A stretch of 64,000 nt of DNA from NCBI GenBank assembly GCA_964106645.2, contig OZ067039.1; one strand, given 5' to 3'. The notes below the pieces were generated by a model. That model was not told the origin of the DNA and did not search any database. It worked only from the letters and a program-made list of their open reading frames with translations. Below are positions 10,784 through 23,900 of this stretch, piece by piece. Position 1 is the first letter of the stretch; each line of letters begins with the position of its first letter. The DNA is from Podarcis pityusensis (lineage: Eukaryota). The translations under genes and the position numbers were made by a program.

Positions 10784-13197
10784 TAGCTCTGTGTGACCAA
10801 AACCCATATTGGTCATATGTAGAGAATGAAATGTACCATTTCTGGACATGTCCATACCCTGGAATTTTTTTATTTGTTTTCCAGAAAAAAAGTTTTGATT
10901 TTTTTTTGGGGGGGGTGTGAATTGAAATATATGCAGTACAGAATTCTTATATCATCTCAGCTTAATTTACTACTTTAAAACCATAAAATGCATTATGTAT
11001 AGCTTAGCACATAAAATTGTACTGTTTGGCATATTTATCAGGTTGGAAAAGGGTAAATGCCTTTGTGATTCAGCTATCCCCAGCAAGTCTTTTCCCACAA
11101 GCCACTCCACCCAGGCCTTCCTTATTTTTCACTGCTGCTCTTCCTCTGCTGTCTTCTTCTGGCTGACTCCATGACACCAAGCACCAACAAGTCCAGCTGT
11201 CGCCAACTAACCAGCACCTGGCTAAATATGTACTTTTTTCTGGCCCCTCTAGTCCAGCTCCAGCCAATGGTGCCAAACTGAAAATTTGGAAATTATCGCA
11301 GCTGTTAGTTAAGGCCCCTAGCGGCAGGTAGACTAACTTCCACAGGAGCAGACAGAAAACTTCCCATGTCAAATGCATCACAATGTAGTACAAATGTCAG
11401 AACACATTACCCAACATCCATTAAAACTTAATTCAAATAAACATTACTTATTCACACTTCATAGTAATATCTAACACTGTTGTAGTGTATCGTCTTCTCA
11501 TACAGTATGTAAAATAGTAACTGTGGACACAATTAGCTGCATCAACCCATAGAACTTCATTTCAATAATATGCCATTTAAAATCCAACCATCTCATGCTT
11601 CCTTCTTTCACCAGAAGCACTTTCTAGAAGATTATTTGCTTCCGATTCTAAGCTTTCCTTTTTATCTCCATAAGCTTCAGAGAACTGAAGGGTTGCATGA
11701 ATGAAAGATGCTCCTCTACTATTTAACATTTCCAGGCACAGACAAGATGCTCTGCACATATTCTTTTTGGATCAAAGCTGTATGAAGCTGGCAGGAAAAT
11801 TAACGGGTTGCACATTCCCCACAAGATTCATGAATTGTAACTACCTAATACAGTACCTCACTTTACATAGATATTAGAAACCATAAGGAAAGGAGGGAGT
11901 GAAAGATAGCTAAGGCTGAAGAATGCTTTACTAATCTGTAATGCCAAAGCATAAAGAGGTCTAGATTATTATATTTTTATTTTATCTGAAAAAAATTATA
12001 TTTGCAGTTGCAGAACATATATTTGTGAAAATTGTACTAAGTTACGTCCGTCAGTTGATCAAGACTTGTAACGGAGCATAATTTCTGTTTCTGGTGCTGT
12101 TGTTCATGGGTTTATATTGTTAGAGATTGAAGTAAAATGATGTATGTAAACTAAAGTGGCAATACTTTCTCTAAGATTGTTTCCAGACAAGCAGCTCCTA
12201 GCAGTAATCTTTCTTTTGTAAACTGCAAGTACTACATTTTTTAAAAGTAATAATAAAAAAAGCAAAATGGAAGATTGGATGGAAGATTTGTTAGCACTAC
12301 CATCATGAAGCCAGCACGGTGTCACCCTACATCTGTGCAAGTCTGCCGGAAGCATGCATGTTAAAACAAATGCAAATCTGCTAGAACCCACAATTTAACC
12401 ATCAAACTATAGAGTGCATCAGTGGCTGGAACATCTTTAATTTCATAAGTAGAGATATAAGGTATGGCTTTCATTCAAATTCAGTTTCTCATGGGGGTGT
12501 GATAATATGATCTCCACTTTATTCTCTTTACAACCGAATCCTAAATTGATTATATGCAACTATGACTTTATCATATAAATGTTTATTCCTCTATTTTGTT
12601 ATTCCAGTGGCCAATGGAACAGATTCATTGCTTTCCATGATTATCAAAACATTAGAACTGGGGTGTGCTGCTACAAATTGTAAAGACCTTGAAAACGGAA
12701 CACAAAAAGTTAAGTCTGTCAAACATGTAGTACATCTTGTGTGTTGACATTTAAAATGGCAAAAGATAATGCAACGCTTTAATATGCTGTATAAAGTGAT
12801 TTAGTCATATTGCCTTTACAATTTGCATTTGAAGAAGTGAGAGAAACCCATTTAAACAAATGGACGTATGCATGCATGCAGTATACAGGGTTCTTTGCAA
12901 CTTGCAATGGTAATGGTTTAAACCATCCAAAACAAAATGGAGCATTGGTAGTCTTATACCACATTACACATATATTGAAATGTATTTTGACATTATTGAA
13001 TGTAATTCATAATGGCTTAAAGTGATTGGCTGCAGGCAAAATACTTATTTCGAGCTCATGAAATGCTGACTATACCCATCTGACCAGATCTATTCTAGAT
13101 AATGTGACTGTTGTTCAGAACATGTAACCCAAAAGGGGGAGCTAGAACAATGCCATAAATGCCTTGTCACTAATTCTGAAGTGCAATTGCTTTTTTT

Positions 13198-14104
13198 AAA
13201 ATTAATTTTTACTGGGTTACATGAGTACAAACAGCATCTGTTTTCAGTTCAGAGTCCTTTCTACAGATCAGTCATATTCGACATGAGATGCTAATATTTT
13301 AGTCAATAAAAGGTTGGGGGAGAAGGGGGGGGGGAGAGAAGAGAGTATTAAATGTTCATTATTTTACAGTGTGTTATGTGCAAGGTTTTGTGTCAGTGTC
13401 ACATGGGTAGATTCTCTTTCTATTCATACATCTTCACTGGCGGTGAGGGAGATTGGGATTGCCTTCAGTTGACTGCAGTGAGTTTTGTTTGCATGGGTGA
13501 GGGGCAGGGGTTGTTAGGTCAAGTTAGTCATATTGATTCATATGCAGTCAGTGGGTTCTTGTCTTGTTGGGCTTTGTATGTAATAAAGGAGAGGCACAAT
13601 AGGGTGAAGGCATCCTCTTTTGTTTGTCCCCATGCTAGTTTCAATGTGTTGCTTAGGTTTTCCCAGACAGTTTGGTCCCAGTGGCTTGTGTTCACTCCTG
13701 AAGGTCACCTCCAGTGTCTAGTTATGATGATCCTGGCTGCTGAGCATAGGTGGGTTATGAGTTTTTTGTAGTGTGAATGTGCCTATTGTCTTGGAAAATA
13801 TTCAGTAGGGCCAGTTCTTGGGTGGCTTCTAGTACCTGTTTTGTTATTTTGCCTATTTCTTGTAGGACTGATGTCCAAAAGGGTGCAACCGCTCCAGCAT
13901 TTTGGTGGGGTTCCTGGGTGTGTCAGCACCACCTTTTGGGTTGTTAGGTACCCTCTAGAGATAAGTTTCAGTGTGAGTTGCCTTCTTTTGGCTGATATGG
14001 ATTTAAAGGGAGGTTTAGACCACAGTTTAGTCCATTGGGCAGTGTTTATTTCACAACCCATATTGTGCTCCCATTGTTTTTTCACTGAGATGAGGGGATT
14101 TCTG
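13198..14104 (-). mobile_element. 5'-truncated old L1 (ORF2 C-terminus + 3'UTR) between the two ABCA genes
   Basis: ORF 13783-14085 resembles the ORF2 C-domain (QWTKLW..LKLISRGYLT..KCWSGC); 20-bp TSD GAAGTGCAATTGCTTTTTTT at 13178-13197 and 14105-14124. Confidence 0.8.
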
Positions 14105-14832
14105 GAAGTGCAATTGCTTTTTTTGAAGTACTGTAGTGCAATAAAGAGTTAACAAGCAATTCAACACAGACCCTAGCAAACAAAGGTTCATGCTCACTCA
14201 ATTAGGTCAGCAGCAGCTAATGCTGCCTTTGCTGTGAACACATCATTGCTGGATATTTGTAAAATGGCAACATGATCATCTTCCCTAGGCACCACAGACT
14301 GGACGTGTATTCTTCAGCTGATGCAAGCACAGTGTTGCATCAGGTTCTTTAGTATTCGCACTGCAGTTGGGAATCGCTGTGGTAAGTCCCAACTCAGTTA
14401 ACCCTTCCTTAACCCACTGAAATAGGACGATTGGTCTTACCTGAAGCTTAAATTTAGTGGGTTAGAAAGAGTTCACTGGGGCCCAGCCACGGTCCTTCCC
14501 ATAAAGCTAATGAGTTTTTTGAAAAATAAATTGCCCCCAAACAATATATTAAGTACATTGCCCTCTTTCCACCATTACTACAGAACAAAACAAAAGGATA
14601 AAATCATAGAGGTTTTCATTATTACTTTTTTAAAAAAGAAGCAAGTCTTAGAATAGTAGTAAGAGTATTCAAAAATAAAGGCATTTCATAATATTTCATA
14701 AGGCAAAGAAGGTTTACTCAATTGCTCAGGAATAGGCTCTGTAAGATATTTGTTCTCTAGAGCCACAGCAAACAAATATTTAGCAAAAACCCTGACAAGC
14801 GAAGCTCTTGAATTTCTGCAATGTGAAACAAA

Positions 14833-14940
14833 TCAGAAAATAACTCTCTCCCCCTGGGATCTTTCCCAACTAATTGTTCCATTTAGGGTTCCAAAATTGC
14901 TCTCTTCCTCTTCTTGCTCTTTGACAAGTTCCATAAATAC
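14833..14940 (-). CDS. ABCA5: ABCA5 terminal coding exon ([12 protein letters not shown]...RVIF*)
   Basis: tttag/GTA TTT ATG ... TTC TGA; 108 nt. Confidence 0.93.
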   Translation of the reverse strand, partial: VFMELVKEQEEEESNFGTLNGTISWERSQGERVIF

Positions 14941-17900
14941 CTAAAATGAATAAGAAACACGAATTAATACATGGATTCTGCCCAGTCCTATAGGCAGAAT
15001 AGTGCTCTAAGCTAGTATAGGTTTCTAAATCTCCACCAGTCAACAGTGCTATACTACAAATCATCTGTACATGTAAACATAGAGGTTTTTCTTCTGGGGG
15101 ATCAATTCCCGACGACACCCCCCACTATGTGACAAAACATAATTAGGTATGTAACTAATTTATGAATTATAAAATGACAATTTTATATAAGAAATGTAAA
15201 TGGAGACACCGCATTTCAAACTTATTTTCTAGGGCTGGCATGCTCTGTTCCTGAAAAACGGTTAAATTACCTGTTCCAGTGTTGCTTGAGAAAAGCTGTA
15301 CTCTTCAATATTAAAAGCATGTCTTGCTGTTAGAAATGTTAAAAAGAAGTATTTACAATCATAGGCAGCAAAAGAATACATACACACAATCAACTAAAAT
15401 CAGTATGGCCAGAAGTGGCCATAACAGGGTGCAGGAACCCAGCTGTCCTCAATGGGAAAGCCACTGTCAAGTTGTAGTGCAGTGGATTTAAATGTTTAAG
15501 GACACTGCAGCCTGTCAAACATACCTTGTGGCTCTAAGGGAATGGCAAGTTTATTTCTCAGGAGACAATCCTGTGCCTCTTTAAAAGGCTCTGACTTTAC
15601 TATGCCTCACAAAAGCAAGGGAAGAAGGTGACACATGCACCAAGGCAAATGGCCTGGGAGATGATAAAAGCTTGTAGGTAATCTAACGTTTGGATAAAGG
15701 AATGTGTTGTTTACATAGTATTTGGGGACAATGTGGGAGTTTGGCAGGGTGAATTCAGATTACTATGAGATTTGGATGGATAACTTAGAACCCAGTGATG
15801 AAGATTCTACTTAGTAAATTGTTGCCTCACCTTCCTCCAGTTTAGAAAAAGATACTGCAAGCGAGTGGACATCTTCCTTTGGGATTTTGTAAGCCAAAAC
15901 AGAGGCAATGCTGCAACACACAAAAAACAGACACAAGTACATACCACCACAACTAAGCAGAAATGAGAATCACAAAATTGCTTGGAGTAAAGTTGCAGGA
16001 GTTAAGCATTTTGTACAATGTAGCCAAACAGGTACAATAACTCTGAATCAAACTAGAGGTTTTATCTAATAGGAAGGTATTTAGATGATACGAGAGGGAG
16101 GCATTCAAGGTGCTTGCCTAGTTGCCAAAGCATTCACTGATGAAACCTTCCATGTACCAAGTTCCATCTATTTTGAGAATGAAAATGTGTTGATTAACCA
16201 TAGCAATACAGTGGTACCTCTAGTTACGAACTTAATTCATTCCGGAGGTCCGTTCTTAACCTGAAACTGTTCTTAATGGGGCCTCTTGCTGCCGGCACAC
16301 GATTTCCGTTCTCATCCTGGGGCAAAGTTCTCAACTCGAGGTAACTCTTCCAGATTAGCAGAGTTTGTAACTCAAGGTACCACTGTAATTCAGGGTTCTT
16401 TCACTTGAACACTATGAGGAGAGACTTAAATCAGCACCAGTCTTAGATGTGCACCTCTCTGCTCCCATCACATCAAGAAAATAATAATGAGTGATTCAGC
16501 CAAGCTGAAGCAGGTGGGGGGTAATTAACTCCATGCTTGGACAGATCCTTGACACAGCAAATGCTGACAGGAATGGCAGCTTCCTGCCTTCTGCAGCTAT
16601 GGCTCGGTAAATGATAGCAAAATAGACAAGGGGAATGCTGGTTGCTTTACTATGCCAGTTGCTTTGGTGGACCTTGGACCACATTTCCAGAACCTCTGGT
16701 CTATAAGGTATGTTTCTCTAGTAAGCATTACTCAAAGCCCAAAGTGTACAAGAGCTCTCATAGAAAACTAATACATTTTGGCAATAGTGTTTTTTTTCCT
16801 TATAATTGTAATATTTTCTCTCTGCTTTTATTTTTAAAATGATTGCTTGAAAAAAGAATGGTAAGCACTTTTTCTTTTTAATGCTCAGAAACGTCAACTA
16901 TTGATTTCTACCTTTTCTGGCAACTTGCGTTTGGAAAGATGCGCAAAACCATTCTTTGAAGACGCTCCTTCTGCTGTAAATCCGGCACTTCTCTTAATTT
17001 CATTTCTAAGAAATATCCTCTGCCAAATTTACTCTTGAGATGTTGAACTGTACCAATGCACCTATCAGTTTTGGGGGAGAGAGACAGGCAAACAAAATAA
17101 TAGATTTTAGCATTAAATTCGTTTTTAAGAATAAAAATCTGAGCTTCTTCACTCAAGATGCCAAGGAAGTACCTTAATTTTCCAGACACCAAGATTGCGA
17201 CTCGATCACACACAGCCTCTGCTTCTTCCATATAATGAGTTGTCAGAATAGCTGCTCTCTCCTTACTTTTTAAGGCTGCCCGAATTGCTTTCCTATGGTG
17301 AATAAGTTATAAATTGTTGCTCTTTCGGTGTGCAGTTACATATAAAGGGCATAAGATCATTTGTTGGATCTTACGCAAGTGAGTGGGAAATGTACAGGCA
17401 GTGGTATACTGTGAGTAGCCACCAAATGCATTCTCTCCTCACATTCCCTCTGACATTTAGGGATCATCCAGACTTCCTGTTACGTTGCACTTTCCAGATA
17501 TAGGTCTGCCTTTTAAAGGCCCATGTCTTAGCGTTTTGCTTTGTTTTTTGTCCTGGTGCTTTCCCTGGGAAAATCAACATTTTACTGCTGAATTGGAGCA
17601 AATGGCAATTCATGGAAAACCCAGTTACCCTTTGTTCTGATTCAGCGGTGAAATGCAGGCTTTCCTGGGGAAAGCGCCAGGACACGCTCAGAGCTTTAAA
17701 CCCATGCCTTAGAAACATGGCACAAAAGGCAGTCTGGATGAGCGCTTAGTCGTGACATGCAGCTGGTGCTATGGAAGTTCTGTGAAAGAAAAAGGACAGC
17801 CAGTGGGAACAAAGGTACTGTGTGTCAACATCAGGCATAGGCAAACTCGGCCCTCCAGATGTTTTGAGACTACGATTCCCATCATCCCTGACCACTGGTC

Positions 17901-20900
17901 CTGTTAGCTAGGGATAATGGGAGTTGTAGTCCCAAAACATCTGGCGGGCCGAGTTTGCCTATGCCTGGTCAACATGAAAGAGGAAACAGCAAAGAGGGTG
18001 GAAAGGATCAGCTAATAGTGTTCTCCTATGCCACACCCAATTTTGACCGTAAACTCTTCAGGGGAGAAGGTTTGTTTTAGCCCTGCTAACATCTGTCATA
18101 TATATAAATGAATACACCTATAGCATTAATAGGAAGGCAGCCAATAATATGGGATAGATTATCTAAGCATGTATCTTCAAGATATGTATATTGTAAAGAT
18201 GCAAAAAGACTGAGCCTACTGTTCAGAAGCAGAAGAGAGATAATGAGCAAAGCATGGTTATAAGCCACACACACATGTGATATTGCTTTCCACATAAAGC
18301 CTCCATGATATCTGGGGTTACTCACCACATCTGCTGTATCCCTACAGGGTCCATACCAGTAGATGGCTCATCTAATAGAGTAACATTAGGGTTACCAAGC
18401 ATACTAAGAGCAAAGCATAACTGAAAGAGAAGGGAAGGGAAGGGTGACCATTATACAATGCACCATTGGCTGCATTTGAACACTAATGCCAAGCCAAAAA
18501 TCCTGACTTAAATCTGGGATATGCACAAGTGATGTGCATCATCATGCAGCCCATTTCCTACTACTTTGCTCCTTCCTTCCTACCAGTGGCAGAACAAGCC
18601 AAGATTTTTAGCACAGCTTTCCATTGTGAGCAAACCTAGAAACTAGCTTCAAAAGAAGCCAGGTTATTAAGGAATGTTTTTTGGCTTAATGCCCCCTGGC
18701 TTGCTTTGGTGATTAACCATAGTTTCTGGGTTTGCACACAATAATAAGCAATGGTTTGTTTTGCCGCTCATATGAAACAAGAATGTGTGGATTCACAGTG
18801 GTCATGCATATCCAGGCTTATTGATCCTGGATTTTTGGTTTAGCAATTCAGCTTAAGAACAACAATCAAATACCTTTCGTTTGATTCCTACTCCAAGGTC
18901 CTTTGCTCTTTTCTGTAGATGTTCCTTGAGGTCAAGTGCATGGGAAATGCTGGAGAAAAACAAAAGTATACAGTGTTAAACATTCTAAGAAACCAGTATT
19001 AGAGAACTTTAGCGTATGCTCATTAGTTCTTTTTCAAGTAAATTACTTCATATGACATTTTGTGTTTTAGCTAGTATTATTTGATCTCCAGTTAACTTTA
19101 CACTATTTGTGGTTTTAACTGGATTGATCTTCCCTACAGAAATAATCAAGATGTATGCCACAGGTAGCTTAAGTGTTTTTTTAATGGTGTTTTAAGAGAT
19201 GTGACCAGAAGAGTCTTGCAACCTGACAATTTTGTCTGTAACTTAGACTGTTGACTACAAATTACCTTTCAAACTAGCACAGAAGATTTTGATACATAAC
19301 AGAAAGCAGAATCTGAACTACAGCTTTCATCAGCCTAAAAATAAAATGATGCAAATTTATGTCTTAGATATATCTGTGTATCTACAAGAATCTGTGTGGT
19401 GTGGTTTTTAAGTTGAAGCTAACAACCATTTTCAGGGAGACATTATACCAAAGTAAGAGAGAAGAAACTTCTCTGAATGTAAACGAAGTGTTTAAAATAT
19501 ATATTTACCATTTTATGAATTCTTTCATGTTACTTTCACTCATTCCTTTGATAGCACCATAAATTTCAAAATGTTCCTCCAATGTAATATCAGGCCAAAG
19601 TGGATTTGTCTGTGGACAGTATCCCATAAATCTCATGGAGCTATCCTTGTTATTTTCGCCTAAAGAATAATCTCCCATCAGCACCTGTGAATATACCAGT
19701 CCTTATTCAATACTTTTACATATAGTTTGCAGTTAACATGCAGAAAAGTTGATTGTATGGAAAGTTTAATTTAAAAAAAAAATGACAAGAAATGCTCAGG
19801 TTTGGTTTTACTACATGATCACTCTTTTATATACCAGGAGCCATCTGGGATATAGCCTTCCTATGGGTAGTCACAACATCCCAGTGCCTATTTCTGAATC
19901 TAAGCCATATATCATATGAACGGAAAACCCATTGTACCCCCTCTAAAAGTGTTAGCTTTAGAAGCAAAGCAAACATGAGTCTGTTCACAACTCTCAACCA
20001 TGTATTTTAGTAGGTCTTGTGAAACCCCCCCCCCCCAGTTCATAGTTCTGAGATTATCTATGAAACCAAAAAGGAGTTAGGCACTGAAAATTCATATGCA
20101 TGAACATTTCCAATAATGGGCACCCCACTCTTGCATAATCTTCTTTGGGCATCTAGCTGAGGTTTAGGTATTTACATGCCAGCTGGAAAGAAATATCCAG
20201 AAAAGAGTATGGATCCTCAGTATGAAATAACATTTTTTACCCTCTGAAAAAAAAGGACTACAGCCTGAGCTATGAAACCTGTTCTGGATGGAAGAGGGGG
20301 ACACCAGCTTCAGGTTGCACTTGAATACCTGGCCTGAGGTTGGTTCTACTTCTCCCACCAACATATTAATCAGTGTGCTCTTCCCAGCTCCATTGGGGCC
20401 TAGCAGTCCCATAATTTCTCCTGAAAAAAGAAAAGGCAAACACGTAAAATGTGCAGTTCTGTTTAATGAGATGGTGCATTTTATTTTCCCGACTTATTTA
20501 TTTTTACAACTAACCTGAATGCTAAACAGGATGCTAGATCAAAATAACTGAGCACCACTAATTTAGATGATTTTAAGAAAATAAGTAAGATTGTGAAAAT
20601 ATAACTCTTTTTGAGAACTAGAAGATTATGAAACATAGAAGGGATATAAGAATGCAAATAAGATAATAAATTGCTGACAAAATGTTATAACGATGAAAGT
20701 GGGAGCGGGAGATGTGAGGAAGTCCAAAGAAAATGTGAAATTATGTTAAGATATATGTTACATTGTTTATTATGTTTATTTCTATTGTAAAACCCAATAA
20801 ATTTCTTTAAAAAAATAAAAAAATATATATTTTTACAACTAACCTTTTTTTACACAAAAAAAGACCTGATTGGTTGCCACCTTCTTGATTTTTCTTCCGA

Positions 20901-23900
20901 GAAGAAAATCTGTCCTTTCATCATAATCTTTATGTAAATTGCTGACCAAAATGGCCGGTTTCTAGTGAAACAAAAGATAACAGAGCTTAATTGATAACGC
21001 ACATGGAAAACTAAACCATGCTTTCTTGCTACGTGCACAAGTTGAAACAAGCCTGAGCAAAGCCTCAACCTCACATGCTCACCTGTGCAGCCAGGAGAAG
21101 GATTTCATGGGCATTTACTTTCAGTTCCCATAAACTTAGCACGTCTTCTGCTAACCAGGGATTGTTAGTTAAACCAGGTGCATAACTCGTGATTTGGAAA
21201 TTGTGCTTTTTGAAACAGACTATCACTATAAGAGAGGTAAGGCACATCACCCCCCCCCCTTATACAGGTCTTACAATACGACCAGGTGCCAGTAGATTCA
21301 CAGGGTTGATACTGAAGAGCAAGATTTACCTCCTCACAGCTCTGGCTCGTTGTCATCTCCTTAACCCTCAACCTCTCAGCCACAACATCTTCATCCTCAT
21401 CCTCGTCAAACGGCACATCTGGCGATTTCCTGGCCTTCAGCTTCGCAGGAGTTCTGAAGTTAAGGAAATATATTTAAAATCTGCTCATTGGGACCTCTGA
21501 ACAGATAGAACTAACAGAAATAATGCCATCAGGTAGACCTACATGAAACCATATTGATACTTCCCTGTCCAATATGACCTTGTGACAGAATTGGCTAGAA
21601 AAACACCTAAAATAGACAAGTGAGATATTTTGCTAGATCAAAGAGTGATTGGGTGAATGAGAAGGTGGCAGCATTCACGCTACAATCGCTGATAATATCC
21701 CATTTATCCCTGATTCAGTTTCTTATGTGCAGCAATAAGAAGAATGCTCTTTCATGCAAGAATCATCACATATTCAGTCAGCTAAAGAAATGGTTGGACG
21801 ATGGGTGGGTGTTCCGAGAAGCTGTGTGAAGGCTTTGTTTTCCTTCTCATTCTAAAGCATATTGAAGTGTTTGACTTGGGAGAAAGTTCAAATAAACTCT
21901 CTGATGCTGATGGCTACAATATATTTGTCTGATCCACTAACTAGGAAAGCATACACACTATTCTGTGATATTTTAGTTTGCCTAATAAAGTAGTGTCAGA
22001 AAGGATGTCAAGGGCACAACTCTTAGATCATGAACAGAAAAAACTGTGGCATTGCAAGGATCCCAGGGCAAACTCTTGGACTCCAATTGCTTCACTAACG
22101 TCCCTAAAAGTATTGCCTATCTAAGTAATAACTCCAGCCATCCCTTAAGCCCTAAACATCAGCAAGTGGTCATTTCTCCATGGACCAAGAGACTTTTAAT
22201 GTGTATACTTTGTTGCAGTTCACTACTGACTAACACTGGCTTGGTGTAGTAATTTCAGTACCGTAAATAGAGGCATACCAACCTGAAAAATGGGTCATTT
22301 CTCATTGATTTGCCTCCACATTTCACCTCAAGATAGCGTAGAAGGAAGAGCCAAATGACACATTGCAAGTAGGGCTAAAAGAGAAGAAAGGAATAAGCAC
22401 ATTAAATACAATGGATTTTCTCCTTTGCAAAGGACGCTAGATGCATCCCCCCTCTTTGCACATTGCTCCACTCACTTCCCACAAAACAATGTAAGATAGA
22501 GCCAGTGTGGTGTAGTGGTTAGAGTGCGGGACTAGGACCTGGGAGACCCGGGTTCAAATCTCCACTTGGCCATGAAGCTCACTGGGTGACCTTGGGCCAG
22601 TCATTTCTTCTCAACCTAAACTACCTCACAGGGTTGTTGAGAGGATAAAGGGGGGGAGGGAGTAAGTGTGTACACCACCTTGAACTCTTTGAAGAAAAAG
22701 TAGAATATAAATACAAAACTGAATAAAATATTATTCTTTATTTACTTTATGTATCACACTTCACGTGAGGCATCACAAAGCAATATATAATACAATACAA
22801 TTAGAGTGATGGAGCATCTTAAGACCTTCATTACATTTCCCTTTCTGCAACAATCTGCCGGTTGTCTCCACAACTATTTACCATATTTTTTGCTTTATAA
22901 GACACACTTTTTCCCTCCTAAAAAGTAAGGGGAAATTACTTTTGTGTGTGCGCCTTATGGAACGAATGCAGGCTGCGCAGCTATCCCAGAAGCCAGAACA
23001 GCAAGAGGGATTGCTGCGCAGTGATCCCTCTTGCTGTTCTGGCTTCAGCGATAGCCGCGCAAAGCCTGCTCAACAACATTTGATTCAGAATCTTTTTTTC
23101 TTCTTGTTTTCCTCCTCTAAAAACCAGGTGCATCTTATGGTCGGGTGCGTCTTATAGAGCAAAAAATACGGGTATTTATTTAAGCAATTAGTAGGACGCC
23201 TCAACCTAACTTGTGCTGTACATCCTTCAATATCATTTATATGCCACAGTGGTGGGAGGGTCAGGAAGAGTACATAAAAAATGGCTGATCTTCACCTAGT
23301 GTTAGAAGCAAGACTAGTTGCACCAGCATACACTTGCTTCTATGTTTTAGCAAAATAACTCTAAAAGAACCCTTTAAGCTCAGTTTAATGACCATGATTA
23401 TGGCCATGTCTTCCCCATAGATCAGTGATGGAAAACATTTGGCCCATGGATCAAACTTGACCGGCCAGGGGATCAAATATGACACAAGAGGCAGCTTTCT
23501 CCAAACCATGCTCACCTGCCCCACACATTTTTGTAAACCGCTTTGAGGTTTTTTACATGCAAGTAATATATACATTTTATGAAATAAAATAAAAACAATA
23601 ACACCTTATCATTACATGTAAAAGTGTATCCAGACAACCCATCTCTTAAATTCTTAAGGGAAAATATGGTGCCTACCGCTATTGTTGAAACCAATAGCCT
23701 TTCTGTATTTCTTTCCATATTTCGACCAAGCTTCTCTGCTACCTAACAATACAGAAAATGCTTATTTCAATATTTCCTCCCTCATATTTCTACAAGTCAT
23801 TCTGAGTTCATTTATATAATATTACCATTTAGAAAATGCTTTCAAATGGTTTTACAATGCTTTTTGAAACAATTTATCTGAATTATTTCTTCCACAGACT

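Noticed and set aside
22498-22580. tRNA gene (also at 54973 and 6989)
   Set aside because: The A/B boxes belong to SINE heads followed by SINE bodies and tails; there is no full cloverleaf.
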